From an uncultured Rhodospirillaceae bacterium (GTDB taxonomy: Bacteria; Pseudomonadota; Alphaproteobacteria; UBA7887): a DNA stretch of 64,000 bases. Positions 9,670-19,843 of the stretch are shown here, one piece after another (positions within the stretch are counted from its first letter, which is position 1; each line of letters begins with the position of its first letter). The notes beneath the pieces were generated by a model. That model was not told the origin of the DNA. It saw only the letters and a list, made by a program, of their open reading frames with translations, and did not search any database. The stretch is from assembly GCA_964515905.1 (NCBI GenBank), contig CAZEWK010000010.1, positions 7,002 through 71,001 on the forward strand, in the 5' to 3' direction. The translations under genes and the position numbers were made by a program.

Positions 9670-10935
9670 TTAGATAGGATCCCACCGTTTCTTTGTCAAG
9701 GGAGTGGATGCTGATCCGTATACGGCTTCAACTACGATCCGCAACTTTTTGAATGCATTTCGCAATGCGGCTTCCACGAGTCTTGGCTGGGCCGCACGAG
9801 CGAAAATAAAACCCAGATACTGACGCCCTTCAGGCAATGAAACCACTCTTTGCCCTATAGGGACCGTAACTTCCACCGAGTCGATGCACGGAACCGTGCG
9901 AGCAGAACTAAGGCCTTCAACCTTCTTTAATACTCCTGTGCACGGAACTTGTATCATCATTACACCAGCTGCGCCTTGCTCCCTCTGATACGAAATGGGA
10001 AATTCGCCCATTGCTTGGCGTAAAATTACGTCTTCGAGTGTGTAACCTCCCGTAAACCGCAATGATTTACCACAACGGCCCCCTATTGATCGAGCAGCAA
10101 TCTCCAAAACATATAAATTGCCACTACGGATACGTAATTCAGCATGTATAGGACCATTAGACAAACCAATTGCTGCAGCAGCAGACGCGATCGTTTGCTT
10201 TATATATAAAAGATCCTTCTCAGATTTTTGGGAAGGGGTTAAATATATAGTTTCTGGGAAAAATGGGCCCGTTAGAGGGTCTGGTTTATCAAAAAACGCC
10301 AAAGTATGTAGTCTACGATTTTCTAGAACCCCATCAAATGCCATTTCCTCGCCCGGAATATAGTCTTCTAATAAAATACCAGAAGTATCCATTTGCAAAT
10401 TAGATAGAATTTTCGATACACGCAAATAAGCGTTCTTTGCTTCAGATAGCGTATCCGCCCTGATCACTCCACAACTCGCTGATAGCCCTGTTGGCTTGAT
10501 AACGCAAGGCAGCATGGTTTGACTGATTGTGTCCAAATCTTTTTTATGCCGAAGCAATTTGAAAGTTGGTTGAAGAAAACCAGCGGCATCCAACGTTTTC
10601 CGAAATAGATATTTATCTCGCGTGATCGAGACCGAATCTGTTGAATTATACCGCAACTTCAATAATCTGGCTACATGGGCAGCTAGCAATACGGCATCTT
10701 CTTCCGCAGCTACAATGGCATCAATTGGTTTTTGGGCAGCAAATGCCGCTATGTCCCTAGCTCCCGCAAGAGGGTCCATGAAGTTACATTGTAAGATATG
10801 CCCATCACTAAATTCTGCCGATGCCTGACTTTCATCAACTCCAATTACTACGTCTGAATTTAACCGATCCGAGGCTGATACGAATGCGGAAGCACGATAA
10901 GTTTTTGAAGGTAGAAGCAGAAGCAAACGTTTCAT
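9670..10935 (-). CDS. ATP-grasp domain protein (L-amino-acid-ligase-like)
   Basis: 421 aa. Pre-ATP-grasp Rossmann-like N-terminus, then a core with DKYLFRKTL, CVIKPTGLSASCGV, LLEDYIPGEE, GPIHAELRI....YVLEIAARSIGG. 23 nt downstream of the radical SAM gene. Confidence 0.75.
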   Translation of the reverse strand: MKRLLLLLPSKTYRASAFVSASDRLNSDVVIGVDESQASAEFSDGHILQCNFMDPLAGARDIAAFAAQKPIDAIVAAEEDAVLLAAHVARLLKLRYNSTDSVSITRDKYLFRKTLDAAGFLQPTFKLLRHKKDLDTISQTMLPCVIKPTGLSASCGVIRADTLSEAKNAYLRVSKILSNLQMDTSGILLEDYIPGEEMAFDGVLENRRLHTLAFFDKPDPLTGPFFPETIYLTPSQKSEKDLLYIKQTIASAAAAIGLSNGPIHAELRIRSGNLYVLEIAARSIGGRCGKSLRFTGGYTLEDVILRQAMGEFPISYQREQGAAGVMMIQVPCTGVLKKVEGLSSARTVPCIDSVEVTVPIGQRVVSLPEGRQYLGFIFARAAQPRLVEAALRNAFKKLRIVVEAVYGSASTPLTKKRWDPI

Positions 10936-10958
10936 AAATTTATGATTGGGTGCTCAAA

Positions 10959-12353
10959 TTACAGATTGCTAAACTGATCCAAACTTGGCTCGGCACAGCA
11001 ATACCACGGCTCACTCATCGAATGAGATGAGGGCGAACTAATATTGTTGAGGGGAGGTGCTATTTGGCCTGTCGCTTGATGAGCAGCATCCCATAGTTTC
11101 GAAAATATTTCAGCTGCACTATCCGACTTGGATATGCCGGTCGCAACGATGGATTTTACTTTTTGTTCCAGCTCGACTGTAGCTGATTTTTCGTATCGCC
11201 ATCCATAGCTAAGGCTCTCATCGTTATAGGATTCGAGGAAGGGCGAAAACGATTCAGTTTGCAAGATATGTGACCCCAATGGAACAAGTAGACGTATAGT
11301 TAACTGGATAGGTGCAACGTGCGGCACCAATTCCAGCGAGACTATCTGCTGCAGCAAATCAAGATAAGATTCTGGTGTTGTCCATGGTGTAAACGCAACA
11401 AAAGTCGGCGAAATATTCATTCCAACCGCACGACAAATATTAACAGCTTGAATAATATCTGCTCGACTATGCCCTTTAGAAAGATGTTCGAGGACATTGT
11501 CATCAAAGGATTCGACTGCGGTAGTTACAAATAAACAGCCTGTCTCTGCCAAGCGGGGGATTAAGTCTTTATGTTTCCTAATATGCTCCACCTTTACCGT
11601 AATATCATAGGTTACACCTGAGTACATTTCTGCGACCGACTGGACAATTCGCATAGCATGACCCGGACCATTAAAGAAATCAGGGTCTCCAAAGGTAATG
11701 TGCTTGGCACCCATAGCAACTTGCTGGGCAATGTCGGCGAGAACAACCTCAGCATCGACTACAAAAAATCTGCCCCCGTACACGGGAACAATCGGACAAT
11801 GCCGGCAAAGATGTTTACAACCTCTACTTGCCTCGGTGTAACCACTCATCGTGGTGCTACCACCAGGGCCAAGAAGGTGCGCATATAAATCGAGCGACGG
11901 CAGATTATCTCTATCTGGCAGGATAAATTTCTGTTTTTTTAACTCAGTAACAACTGATTGTTGGGGCGTGACCCCGCTTGATAGCTCCTGATAAAGCTGT
12001 AGCAACCTGGTTTCGATTTCTCCTCCCATTATTGCCTGCACACCAAAAGCCAATAAAGCGTCCCGATTCATTGGCGCGTAGAGGCCATAACACACCAGAA
12101 AAGCATTTGGGTTTATGGCCGTAATTTTTGGCAGCAACCGAAAACAAAGTTGGGTCGCTGTATGCATAGGAATATGAAACGCGATAAGGTCCGCCCCCCT
12201 TATCGCGTTTGTTTCTAGGGTTTGAACAGATAGATCAGTACATACAACGTTTGCCCCTGCTCTCTTTAACCATGCAGCGGCAGATGCCAGGCCAAACGGC
12301 TGGTGCCCCAAATCATAGGTCGAAATAAGGACTACATTCAAAGATTCCGACAC
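10959..12353 (-). CDS. B12-binding-domain-type radical SAM protein with C-terminal CCAEP tail (CUAEP/CCAEP-tail radical SAM family)
   Basis: N-terminal Rossmann-like segment (VVLISTYDLGHQPFGLASAAAW). CX3CX2C in SRGCKHLCRHCP. The tail ...EPWYCCAEPSLDQFSNL is encoded as TGC TGT GCC GAG CCA at nt 11000-10986. Confidence 0.8.
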   Translation of the reverse strand: MSESLNVVLISTYDLGHQPFGLASAAAWLKRAGANVVCTDLSVQTLETNAIRGADLIAFHIPMHTATQLCFRLLPKITAINPNAFLVCYGLYAPMNRDALLAFGVQAIMGGEIETRLLQLYQELSSGVTPQQSVVTELKKQKFILPDRDNLPSLDLYAHLLGPGGSTTMSGYTEASRGCKHLCRHCPIVPVYGGRFFVVDAEVVLADIAQQVAMGAKHITFGDPDFFNGPGHAMRIVQSVAEMYSGVTYDITVKVEHIRKHKDLIPRLAETGCLFVTTAVESFDDNVLEHLSKGHSRADIIQAVNICRAVGMNISPTFVAFTPWTTPESYLDLLQQIVSLELVPHVAPIQLTIRLLVPLGSHILQTESFSPFLESYNDESLSYGWRYEKSATVELEQKVKSIVATGISKSDSAAEIFSKLWDAAHQATGQIAPPLNNISSPSSHSMSEPWYCCAEPSLDQFSNL

Positions 12354-12365
12354 TGATATACTACG

Positions 12366-13193
12366 CTATTTCCCGGGTTGATAGTATGGGTTAGCTCCAC
12401 CATCGTGATCCGTGACATCAAGAACATGAGCAATAGAAGGAACTTCCTTCATAATTTCAACTTCGACACCCTGCTTCAGGGTAACATCAGCCATGCCGCA
12501 CCCCTGACATCCGCCCTCCAATCGGATATAAGCTGTGTCCGCTTGAACATCAACCAAGGCAATGTGGCCACCATGCGTCGCAACGGAAGGATTAATGCGT
12601 TCATCGAGCAATTGTTGAACTGCTTTACCTTCTGGGGTATCTAAACCGGGCTTTGGTTTGCTATCTCGATAATCTACTAGCTCTGCAAATTCGGCCAAAT
12701 AATGACGCAGTAAATTCTCAATACCTGCGCGATAACTGTATGCAGAACCCAGCATTTCTAAAATTACTTTACCGTCTTGATAGCCTCGAAACCTAACGTC
12801 ACCGCCACTTTCCGAAATTGCAGGGCGAACCCTCGTATCTAGCAATTCTTTGATTTCTGCAACTATCTCGGAATCGGCTTCATCAAACTCCTCAGATTCA
12901 TCGTCACCGTCCAAAATCATTGGCAAGCCCGAAGTGTAATGTTCCATAATAGCGCCCAAAATTTCTGGCTTCATTAACTGCCAATCGCCATCCTCGGTTT
13001 TTCGGATTCTAATAAATTCATGTCCCAATGTAATTTCAAATACCCCTTCCAGATCAAACAAACGCGAAGCAAGAGGCGATCTACCGGCCGAGACCGAATC
13101 GCTGAAGACTATCACTTCTCCTTCTACTACCGCCCTACCTGGCAAGAATGTGACTACATCAGGATCCTTCGAGACCTCAGTTTGAATAAACAT
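12366..13193 (-). CDS. Nfu/NifU-family Fe-S carrier with an extra, Cys-less internal NifU-like domain
   Basis: Nfu_N domain (FIQTE..PD...F), a middle NifU-like domain lacking CxxC (LLDTRVRPAISESGGDV...LGSAYSYRAGIENLL), and a C-terminal NifU domain with GGCQGCGMADVTLKQGVE. Confidence 0.8.
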   Translation of the reverse strand: MFIQTEVSKDPDVVTFLPGRAVVEGEVIVFSDSVSAGRSPLASRLFDLEGVFEITLGHEFIRIRKTEDGDWQLMKPEILGAIMEHYTSGLPMILDGDDESEEFDEADSEIVAEIKELLDTRVRPAISESGGDVRFRGYQDGKVILEMLGSAYSYRAGIENLLRHYLAEFAELVDYRDSKPKPGLDTPEGKAVQQLLDERINPSVATHGGHIALVDVQADTAYIRLEGGCQGCGMADVTLKQGVEVEIMKEVPSIAHVLDVTDHDGGANPYYQPGK

Positions 13194-13277
13194 TTAAAGT
13201 TCCCATTCCATAGAAAACAGTTTGTCCGTTATACTTGTATTTGGCCTTATACTTTATACTGACAACCCGAAAGCACA

Positions 13278-13649
13278 ATGAAACCTTCTGAAATTATAGT
13301 GGTTACGAATTATCACGCACATATATACTACGATGAGGAAACTCGCGCCAGAGCGGCAACCTTACGAAAAGCAATAGAAAGCGAATTCGACTTTAGAATG
13401 GGTCGATGGCGCGAAGAACCAGTAGGACCTCACCCCCAAGCCATGTACCAAGTAGCATTTGATCCGAATCATTTCGGTAATTTTGTCCAGTGGTTGCTCA
13501 GCAACAGAAACAATCTTAATATTCTGGTCCACCCCAACACTGGGTATAGTAAGAAAGATCATACAACTCACGCCATATGGCTTGGCAACCCGCTGGTTTT
13601 AGACCTTGAGGCGTTAGAATCTGAAGATAACTCGTCTCAACCCCAATGA
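13278..13649 (+). CDS. DOPA 4,5-dioxygenase-family (DODA-like) protein
   Basis: 123 aa. Family-typical N-terminus YHAHIYYDEE...A..LR and the small size. Confidence 0.65.
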   Translation: MKPSEIIVVTNYHAHIYYDEETRARAATLRKAIESEFDFRMGRWREEPVGPHPQAMYQVAFDPNHFGNFVQWLLSNRNNLNILVHPNTGYSKKDHTTHAIWLGNPLVLDLEALESEDNSSQPQ

Positions 13650-13697
13650 GCATACGGCTTCCATTATTTTCAATTTGTAATATCGGAGTCCCTAATT

Positions 13698-14030
13698 ATG
13701 AGCAAAACTCTTACAGCAAAAACCTGCACTCCATGCCAAGGCGGCATCCCACCTCTGACTTACGACGAAGCAAACCATTACCTCGCACAAACTGACAATT
13801 GGCAATTGCTCGAAAATGGATCACTAATTTCTAGACAATATTCGTTTAACGATTTTAAGGCTGCCATGGCCTTCGTGATTCAAGTTAGTGAGCTTGCTGA
13901 ACACGAAGGGCATCACCCCGATCTGTCTTTTGGTTGGGGTTACGCGACTGTCTCTCTGCAGACGAAGAAGATTAAAGGCCTCCATGAAAATGATTTCATC
14001 ATGGCTTCAAAAATTAATCTTTTGGCTTAG
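13698..14030 (+). CDS. phhB: 4a-hydroxytetrahydrobiopterin (pterin-4a-carbinolamine) dehydratase
   Basis: 110 aa. CTPCQGG..PL N-terminus and the catalytic EHEGHHPD motif. Confidence 0.85.
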   Translation: MSKTLTAKTCTPCQGGIPPLTYDEANHYLAQTDNWQLLENGSLISRQYSFNDFKAAMAFVIQVSELAEHEGHHPDLSFGWGYATVSLQTKKIKGLHENDFIMASKINLLA

Positions 14031-14088
14031 ACAAACAAGTAGGCTACCAGGGTCTAGTACAAAATTATTGAAAACAAAGTTTCAACGG

Positions 14089-14538
14089 CTAGAAAGGAAT
14101 TTCATCATCGAGGTCACTGGTCGCAGCACCGGGCCCATCAAAATCCCCGCCCGAAGACGATGTATATTCGTTGCCACCCGAATCGGAACGTGAATCAAGC
14201 ATTGTAAGTGTACCGCGGAACCGCTGAAGTACCACTTCGGTAGTATATTTTTCTTGCCCCGACTGGTCCGTCCATTTACGTGTCTGGAGTTGTCCCTCAA
14301 GATATACTTTTGACCCTTTCTGAAGATACTTTTCCGCTATTTCAGCCAAATTCTGGTCGAAAATAACGACCCTATGCCACTCTGTTTTCTCACGTCGCTC
14401 TCCAGTTTGGCGATCTCGCCAATTCTCACTTGTTGCCAGGGACAAATTTACAACCTTATCGCCACTTTGCATCGCGCGGGCTTCCGGCTCTCGGCCTAAA
14501 TTCCCAACCAAAATAACTTTATTTACACTTCCTGCCAT
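14089..14538 (-). CDS. ssb: single-stranded DNA-binding protein
   Basis: OB fold ([14 protein letters not shown] ... TEWHRVVIF), Gly/Ser-rich linker, acidic tail DLDDEIPF. Confidence 0.95.
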   Translation of the reverse strand: MAGSVNKVILVGNLGREPEARAMQSGDKVVNLSLATSENWRDRQTGERREKTEWHRVVIFDQNLAEIAEKYLQKGSKVYLEGQLQTRKWTDQSGQEKYTTEVVLQRFRGTLTMLDSRSDSGGNEYTSSSGGDFDGPGAATSDLDDEIPF

Positions 14539-14790
14539 GTCCTACTCCGGTTCAAAGTGAAGCCGAGAAATGCGGCCAACATGAATATTAGACTACAACT
14601 CATTAAACGGTCGGTCACTCCCCAGCACTTTAAAAGTAATCAGATACCTATAAACTTACTATGAACTCTGTATACCTATTACTAATCCTACAACTGACAG
14701 TGCCAATTATGTTAAAATCACGTTCTCAACCCTGCCCACAATCGCACATCAATACAACTATAAACCACCATACCCATCGTATTTTCCCAA

Positions 14791-17649
14791 ATGGATAAGA
14801 AAATACGGATACGAGGTGCCAGAGAGCACAACCTGAAAAATATTAATTTAACACTTCCTCGTGACAGCTTGACAGTGATAACTGGGCTTTCGGGATCAGG
14901 AAAATCGTCCTTAGCCTTTGATACTATTTACGCTGAAGGCCAACGTCGTTATGTCGAAAGTTTATCCGCATACGCAAGACAGTTTCTTGAGTTAATGGAA
15001 AAACCTAATGTCGATGCAATAGACGGCCTTTCCCCTGCCATCGCAATCGATCAGAAAACCACAGCTCGAAATCCCAGGTCAACGGTCGGGACAGTCACCG
15101 AAATTTACGATTATATGCGCCTCCTATTTGCGCGTGTAGGCATCCCCTATTCGCCCGCCACGGGACTACCAATTGAAAGCCAATCGGTAAGTCAAATGGT
15201 GGACGGAATATTGACGAACCCAGAACAAACCCGCCTCTACTTAATTGCCCCTTTAATCCGAGGCCGAAAAGGGGAATATCGCAAGGAAATAGCAGATCTC
15301 ATGAAGCGCGGGTTCCAGCGACTAAAAGTTGACGGAGAAATATACCAAATTGAGGAAATTCCAAAACTTGACAAAAAACGCAACCACACTATCGAAGTAA
15401 TAGTAGACCGCCTCGTTATTGGTAAAGATATCTCAGCCCGTTTGGCTGATAGCGTTGAAACCGCTCTTGAACTCAGTGATGGACTTCTAGTTACGGAAAA
15501 TGCTGACAACAAGGCACGCACTACCTATTCCGCCCGTTATTCTTGCCCAGTATCAGGCTTTTCGATCGACGAAATTGAACCTCGTTTGTTTTCCTTCAAT
15601 AATCCGTTTGGTGCCTGCCCTCACTGTGACGGCATCGGGACTATAAATTGGTTCGATCCCGATTTGATCGTGCCCGATGCAGAAAAAACCCTCCGCGATG
15701 GGGCCATCTATCCTTGGACCAACAAATCGACCCAATATTATCAGCAAGCGCTAGAAGGCGTCGCGAGTTTTTTTGGGTTCAGTGTTAACAAAAGATTCAA
15801 AGATTTGACGAAGAAAGAACGTGATCTCATTCTGCATGGCTCAGGCACTGATATTGTGCCGATCACTTACGACGATGGAATAAAAAAATATACAACCAAG
15901 AAACCGTTCGAGGGTGTTATTCCTAACCTTGACCGGCGTCTCAACGCTTCTGAACATTCCTGGATAAAGGACGAGCTTAGTAGATTTCAGACAGAACTGG
16001 AATGCAAACAATGTCAAGGATTTCGACTTAAACAAGAAGCTCTTGCAGTAAAAATAAGCGAATTACAAATCAGTGAGGTTGCAGATCTATCAATTCTGGA
16101 AGCTAGCCGATGGTTTTCTAAAATTCACGAAAATCTCAGTGCTACACGCAAAGAAATAGCAGAACGTATTCTCAAAGAAATAAACTTACGGTTAGGATTC
16201 CTAATTGACGTCGGACTTGAGTACCTTACCCTATCAAGAAAATCTGCTACCTTGTCTGGCGGCGAAAGCCAACGAATTCGCCTAGCATCGCAAATTGGTT
16301 CCGGATTGACTGGCGTTCTGTACGTTCTGGATGAACCATCTATTGGACTTCATCAACGGGATAACGCTCGTTTACTTAAGACACTGCGACACCTCCGGGA
16401 CCTCGGTAATACCGTTCTGATGGTAGAGCATGACGAAGAAGCCATAATGGCAGCTGACTACGTGGTGGATATAGGCCCTGGTGCGGGCCTCGCTGGAGGA
16501 AAAGTTGTAGCTTTCGGAACCCCTGCCGACATTATTGCAAACCCAAAAAGTATTACAGGACAGTATCTTGCGCGGACTCTGCAAATACCGGTCCCATCAA
16601 AGCGACGAAAAAAGAATAGCGTCAACCACACTGGCATTAGGCTTATTGGTGCTTCTGCCAATAATCTTCAGGAAGTGAATGTAACATTCCCAATTGGAAC
16701 ATTTATCTGTGTCACTGGTGTTTCTGGAAGCGGAAAATCCAGCTTGGTGGTGGACACACTTTTTCGTGCTGCAGCCCGCCAACTAAATAGGGCTCGCTCT
16801 CACCCTGGTCCTTATAAAGAAATAAAAGGTCTAGAACACATAGATAAGGTTGTCGACATTAATCAGTCGCCAATTGGGAGAACACCGAGGTCAAACCCTG
16901 CCACCTACACAGGTTGCTTTACACCCATCAGAGATTGGTACTCCGGCCTGCCGGAAGCAAAGAGTCGCGGATATAAGCCGGGACGGTTTTCATTTAATGT
17001 GAAAGGGGGTCGTTGTGAGGCATGTCAAGGGGAAGGTGTATTAAAGGTGGAAATGCACTTTCTACCTGACATCTATGTAACTTGCGACCAATGCCGGGGA
17101 GCACGCTACAACCGTGAAACTCTCGAAATCACGTACCGCAACAATTCCATTGCAAAAGTTCTAGATATGTCGGTGGACGAGGCAGCAAACCTATTCGAAG
17201 CGATTCCATCTATTCGTGACAAACTGGTGACATTACAAAAAGTTGGGCTGGGTTACGTAAAAGTGGGGCAACCTGCCACTACACTCTCTGGAGGCGAAGC
17301 CCAGCGAGTCAAGTTAGCAAAAGAACTTGCTAAGCGAGCTACTGGCAAAACTTTATACATACTTGATGAACCTACAACTGGCCTTCACTTCGAAGACGTA
17401 AGAAAACTTTTAGAAGTTTTACACACACTAGTAGACGCTGGAAACACTGTTGCTGTAATTGAACATAATTTAGAAGTAATCAAAACAGCTGACTGGATTA
17501 TAGACATGGGGCCCGAAGGCGGGGCTAAAGGAGGTCAAGTCGTTGTTACTGGAACACCCGAATCGGTGGCAAGAACAAAGAATAGCTATACGGGCCAATA
17601 TTTAAAGCACATGTTGGGCGGGAAAGGCCGCTCCAAAACAAAAGTCTAA
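14791..17649 (+). CDS. uvrA: excinuclease ABC subunit A
   Basis: 952 aa. Two ABC modules ([10 protein letters not shown] and [10 protein letters not shown]; LSGGESQR and LSGGEAQR) and zinc-finger Cys clusters (CPHCDG; CEACQGEG...CDQCRG). Confidence 0.97.
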   Translation: MDKKIRIRGAREHNLKNINLTLPRDSLTVITGLSGSGKSSLAFDTIYAEGQRRYVESLSAYARQFLELMEKPNVDAIDGLSPAIAIDQKTTARNPRSTVGTVTEIYDYMRLLFARVGIPYSPATGLPIESQSVSQMVDGILTNPEQTRLYLIAPLIRGRKGEYRKEIADLMKRGFQRLKVDGEIYQIEEIPKLDKKRNHTIEVIVDRLVIGKDISARLADSVETALELSDGLLVTENADNKARTTYSARYSCPVSGFSIDEIEPRLFSFNNPFGACPHCDGIGTINWFDPDLIVPDAEKTLRDGAIYPWTNKSTQYYQQALEGVASFFGFSVNKRFKDLTKKERDLILHGSGTDIVPITYDDGIKKYTTKKPFEGVIPNLDRRLNASEHSWIKDELSRFQTELECKQCQGFRLKQEALAVKISELQISEVADLSILEASRWFSKIHENLSATRKEIAERILKEINLRLGFLIDVGLEYLTLSRKSATLSGGESQRIRLASQIGSGLTGVLYVLDEPSIGLHQRDNARLLKTLRHLRDLGNTVLMVEHDEEAIMAADYVVDIGPGAGLAGGKVVAFGTPADIIANPKSITGQYLARTLQIPVPSKRRKKNSVNHTGIRLIGASANNLQEVNVTFPIGTFICVTGVSGSGKSSLVVDTLFRAAARQLNRARSHPGPYKEIKGLEHIDKVVDINQSPIGRTPRSNPATYTGCFTPIRDWYSGLPEAKSRGYKPGRFSFNVKGGRCEACQGEGVLKVEMHFLPDIYVTCDQCRGARYNRETLEITYRNNSIAKVLDMSVDEAANLFEAIPSIRDKLVTLQKVGLGYVKVGQPATTLSGGEAQRVKLAKELAKRATGKTLYILDEPTTGLHFEDVRKLLEVLHTLVDAGNTVAVIEHNLEVIKTADWIIDMGPEGGAKGGQVVVTGTPESVARTKNSYTGQYLKHMLGGKGRSKTKV

Positions 17650-17687
17650 ATTTTAGCAGTCTAATAAATGATGTTCTAGGGTTGTCT

Positions 17688-18713
17688 TCAAACTAGATTA
17701 TTCGATGGATATGAGGAGTTAGCTAAAAGTTTGTAGCTGTCTCGGCGAACATTTTCATCGTGAGCCCACGTAACAACGGCAATTTCGTGTATATCATGCT
17801 TATTAGCGAGCAAACTAATTTGTGTAGATACCTTTTGACCTGTACCAACAAATGCCTTTGCACGATCCTGAATTTCCCACTCTTTTTCAACGTCCGAAAA
17901 TCGATAGTCAGCAGCCACATCCGGGGATTCAATGGGCAAAAACACACCCCGTTCCCTAAAGAGTCGCCACTTTACTCGGGAACTATAGTGAAATTGCGCC
18001 TCTTCTTCCGTAGGAGCTGCTAACGCCCATACACATAATGCAACATGCGGTTCAGGATTCTCCTCTGTGGCCTGAAAAGTTTCCCGATAAATATTAAGAG
18101 CTTGGTCCGCACCGCGCCCATCCGTAAAGAACCAAGCAAAACAATAAGGTAGGCCAAAATGAGCAGCTACTTGCGCTCCGTAGTTGGAACTGCCAAGAAT
18201 CCAAATTTCGGGAAAGGTATCTCCCTGAGGGAACGCTTCCACCTTCCCAAAAGGATGTTTGTCAGGCAAGGGCTGGCCAGTAACCCAAGCTGTAAGGTCG
18301 CGTATATCTGATGGAAATTCAGCAGGACGCTCATTGGCCAATCTGTTTAATGCAAAAGCCGTTCGGCCATCAGATCCCGGCGCGCGTCCAAGACCAAGGT
18401 CAATGCGGCCTGGAGCTAGCGCATCAAGTACTCTAAATTGCTCCGCGACCTTAAAAGGAGAATAATGCGGCAGCATTATCCCAGCACTACCCACACGAAT
18501 TTTGTTGGTGCTCGTGGCGATAGCAGCTATAAGAATTTCAGGCGCTGTGCCGACAATTGTTGGCGAGTTATGGTGCTCGGACACCCAAAATCTGTCGTAG
18601 CCGAGTCCTTCACAATGTTTAGCAAGTTCTATGGCATTAGAAATCGCTATCCTGTTTGGACGCCCAACAGTAGCGATAGATTGTTCAAGAACAGATAGCC
18701 TTGGTATACGCAC
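17688..18713 (-). CDS. LLM-class flavin-dependent oxidoreductase (luciferase family, YhbW-like group)
   Basis: 341 aa. FWVSEHHN..... motif, GRIDLGLGRAPG, overall bacterial-luciferase-like TIM-barrel pattern. Confidence 0.8.
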   Translation of the reverse strand: MRIPRLSVLEQSIATVGRPNRIAISNAIELAKHCEGLGYDRFWVSEHHNSPTIVGTAPEILIAAIATSTNKIRVGSAGIMLPHYSPFKVAEQFRVLDALAPGRIDLGLGRAPGSDGRTAFALNRLANERPAEFPSDIRDLTAWVTGQPLPDKHPFGKVEAFPQGDTFPEIWILGSSNYGAQVAAHFGLPYCFAWFFTDGRGADQALNIYRETFQATEENPEPHVALCVWALAAPTEEEAQFHYSSRVKWRLFRERGVFLPIESPDVAADYRFSDVEKEWEIQDRAKAFVGTGQKVSTQISLLANKHDIHEIAVVTWAHDENVRRDSYKLLANSSYPSNNLV

Positions 18714-18762
18714 TCCTCCGAACCCCCTCGATTATATACGGCACAGCGTTACAGTCACCATA

Positions 18763-19695
18763 CTAAATCTTTTGTTTAAGCGCATTTACATGTGGAAGCA
18801 CTTGATCAATCAACATATTAGTTTGATCGAAAATCTCTTCATCATTAGCCCCAATGGGCCGCAAAATAAATTTTGATATTCCTGCGTCAACATAATCAGC
18901 AATTCTTTTAATTATCTCGGCTCCTGTTCCCACCACAAATGTATCTTCCGCCGCACGCCCTAGTCGCTTTCTATACATTTCCGAAGCCGAGACTACTGCT
19001 AGATTTTTCCAAGTTCCGATGTGATATGCGAACCCAGCACCATAATGATCATCGGCGATTGAACGACCCGTGCTGAATAAAGCTTCTTTAATTCTGTTTT
19101 TGGTAACACTTGCTTCCTGGGGGGTTTCGAATGCGGCTTGCCAGCCTGTTCCAAAACGAGCTGTTCTTCTGATTGCTGCCTCACTAGAACCACCGATCCA
19201 TAAGGGCATATTTTTTTGGACAGGTCTGGGGTTTATTGAAGCGGAGCGATATTTAAAATATTTACCATCGAAGTCGATACTGTCCTGAGTCCATAACTTC
19301 GATATAATATAAAGTCCCTCATCAGTGCGCTGACCGCGCCCTTTGGTTTCCTGTGATGTGGCTTTCCATTCTGGAGCACGACTATTGCCAACGCCAAATG
19401 CAGGGAGAAAACGACCGCCACTCAATACATCTATGGTTGCGCACTGTTTGGCCAACAACAACGGATCACGAAGGGACACAGAAACGACATTCATACCAAA
19501 TTTAATACGCTTGGTTCCGCCTGCAAGCGCCGCCATCATTGTTACACATTCAAGAATAGGATGACTGGATACTATGCGATCGGTTTGCCAAAGCGAATCA
19601 ACGCCGCCGTCCTCACACAGATCAACCCACTTCCAAAAAGCCTTACCGCCCGTAAAAGGAAACTCAGATAAGCCTAAACCAACCGCAATCGACAA
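18763..19695 (-). CDS. LLM-class flavin/F420-type oxidoreductase
   Basis: 310 aa. DSLWQTDR, LSGGRFLPAFGVGN and PLWIGGSSEAAIRRTARFGTGW are typical of the luciferase-like monooxygenase family. TTG start. Confidence 0.75.
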   Translation of the reverse strand: MSIAVGLGLSEFPFTGGKAFWKWVDLCEDGGVDSLWQTDRIVSSHPILECVTMMAALAGGTKRIKFGMNVVSVSLRDPLLLAKQCATIDVLSGGRFLPAFGVGNSRAPEWKATSQETKGRGQRTDEGLYIISKLWTQDSIDFDGKYFKYRSASINPRPVQKNMPLWIGGSSEAAIRRTARFGTGWQAAFETPQEASVTKNRIKEALFSTGRSIADDHYGAGFAYHIGTWKNLAVVSASEMYRKRLGRAAEDTFVVGTGAEIIKRIADYVDAGISKFILRPIGANDEEIFDQTNMLIDQVLPHVNALKQKI

Positions 19696-19843
19696 CCCAG
19701 TCCCCCTAAAAAATGTAATCCTATATATGTATGGTAGTGGTATAACCTATAATTTTATAAATAAAATAACATTTCACGTCTAGCAGGGCCATTTGGTATA
19801 CGATTCCAATTTGATACTGCATTCATAGTGTGGGGGTATTCTT

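Noticed and set aside
14539-14790. SOS (LexA) box in the divergent ssb-uvrA intergenic region
   Set aside because: I looked for the alphaproteobacterial GTTC-N7-GTTC / GAAC-N7-GAAC direct repeat and for the CTGT-N8-ACAG type. Only isolated GTTC/GAAC tetramers occur, without the partner at the right spacing.
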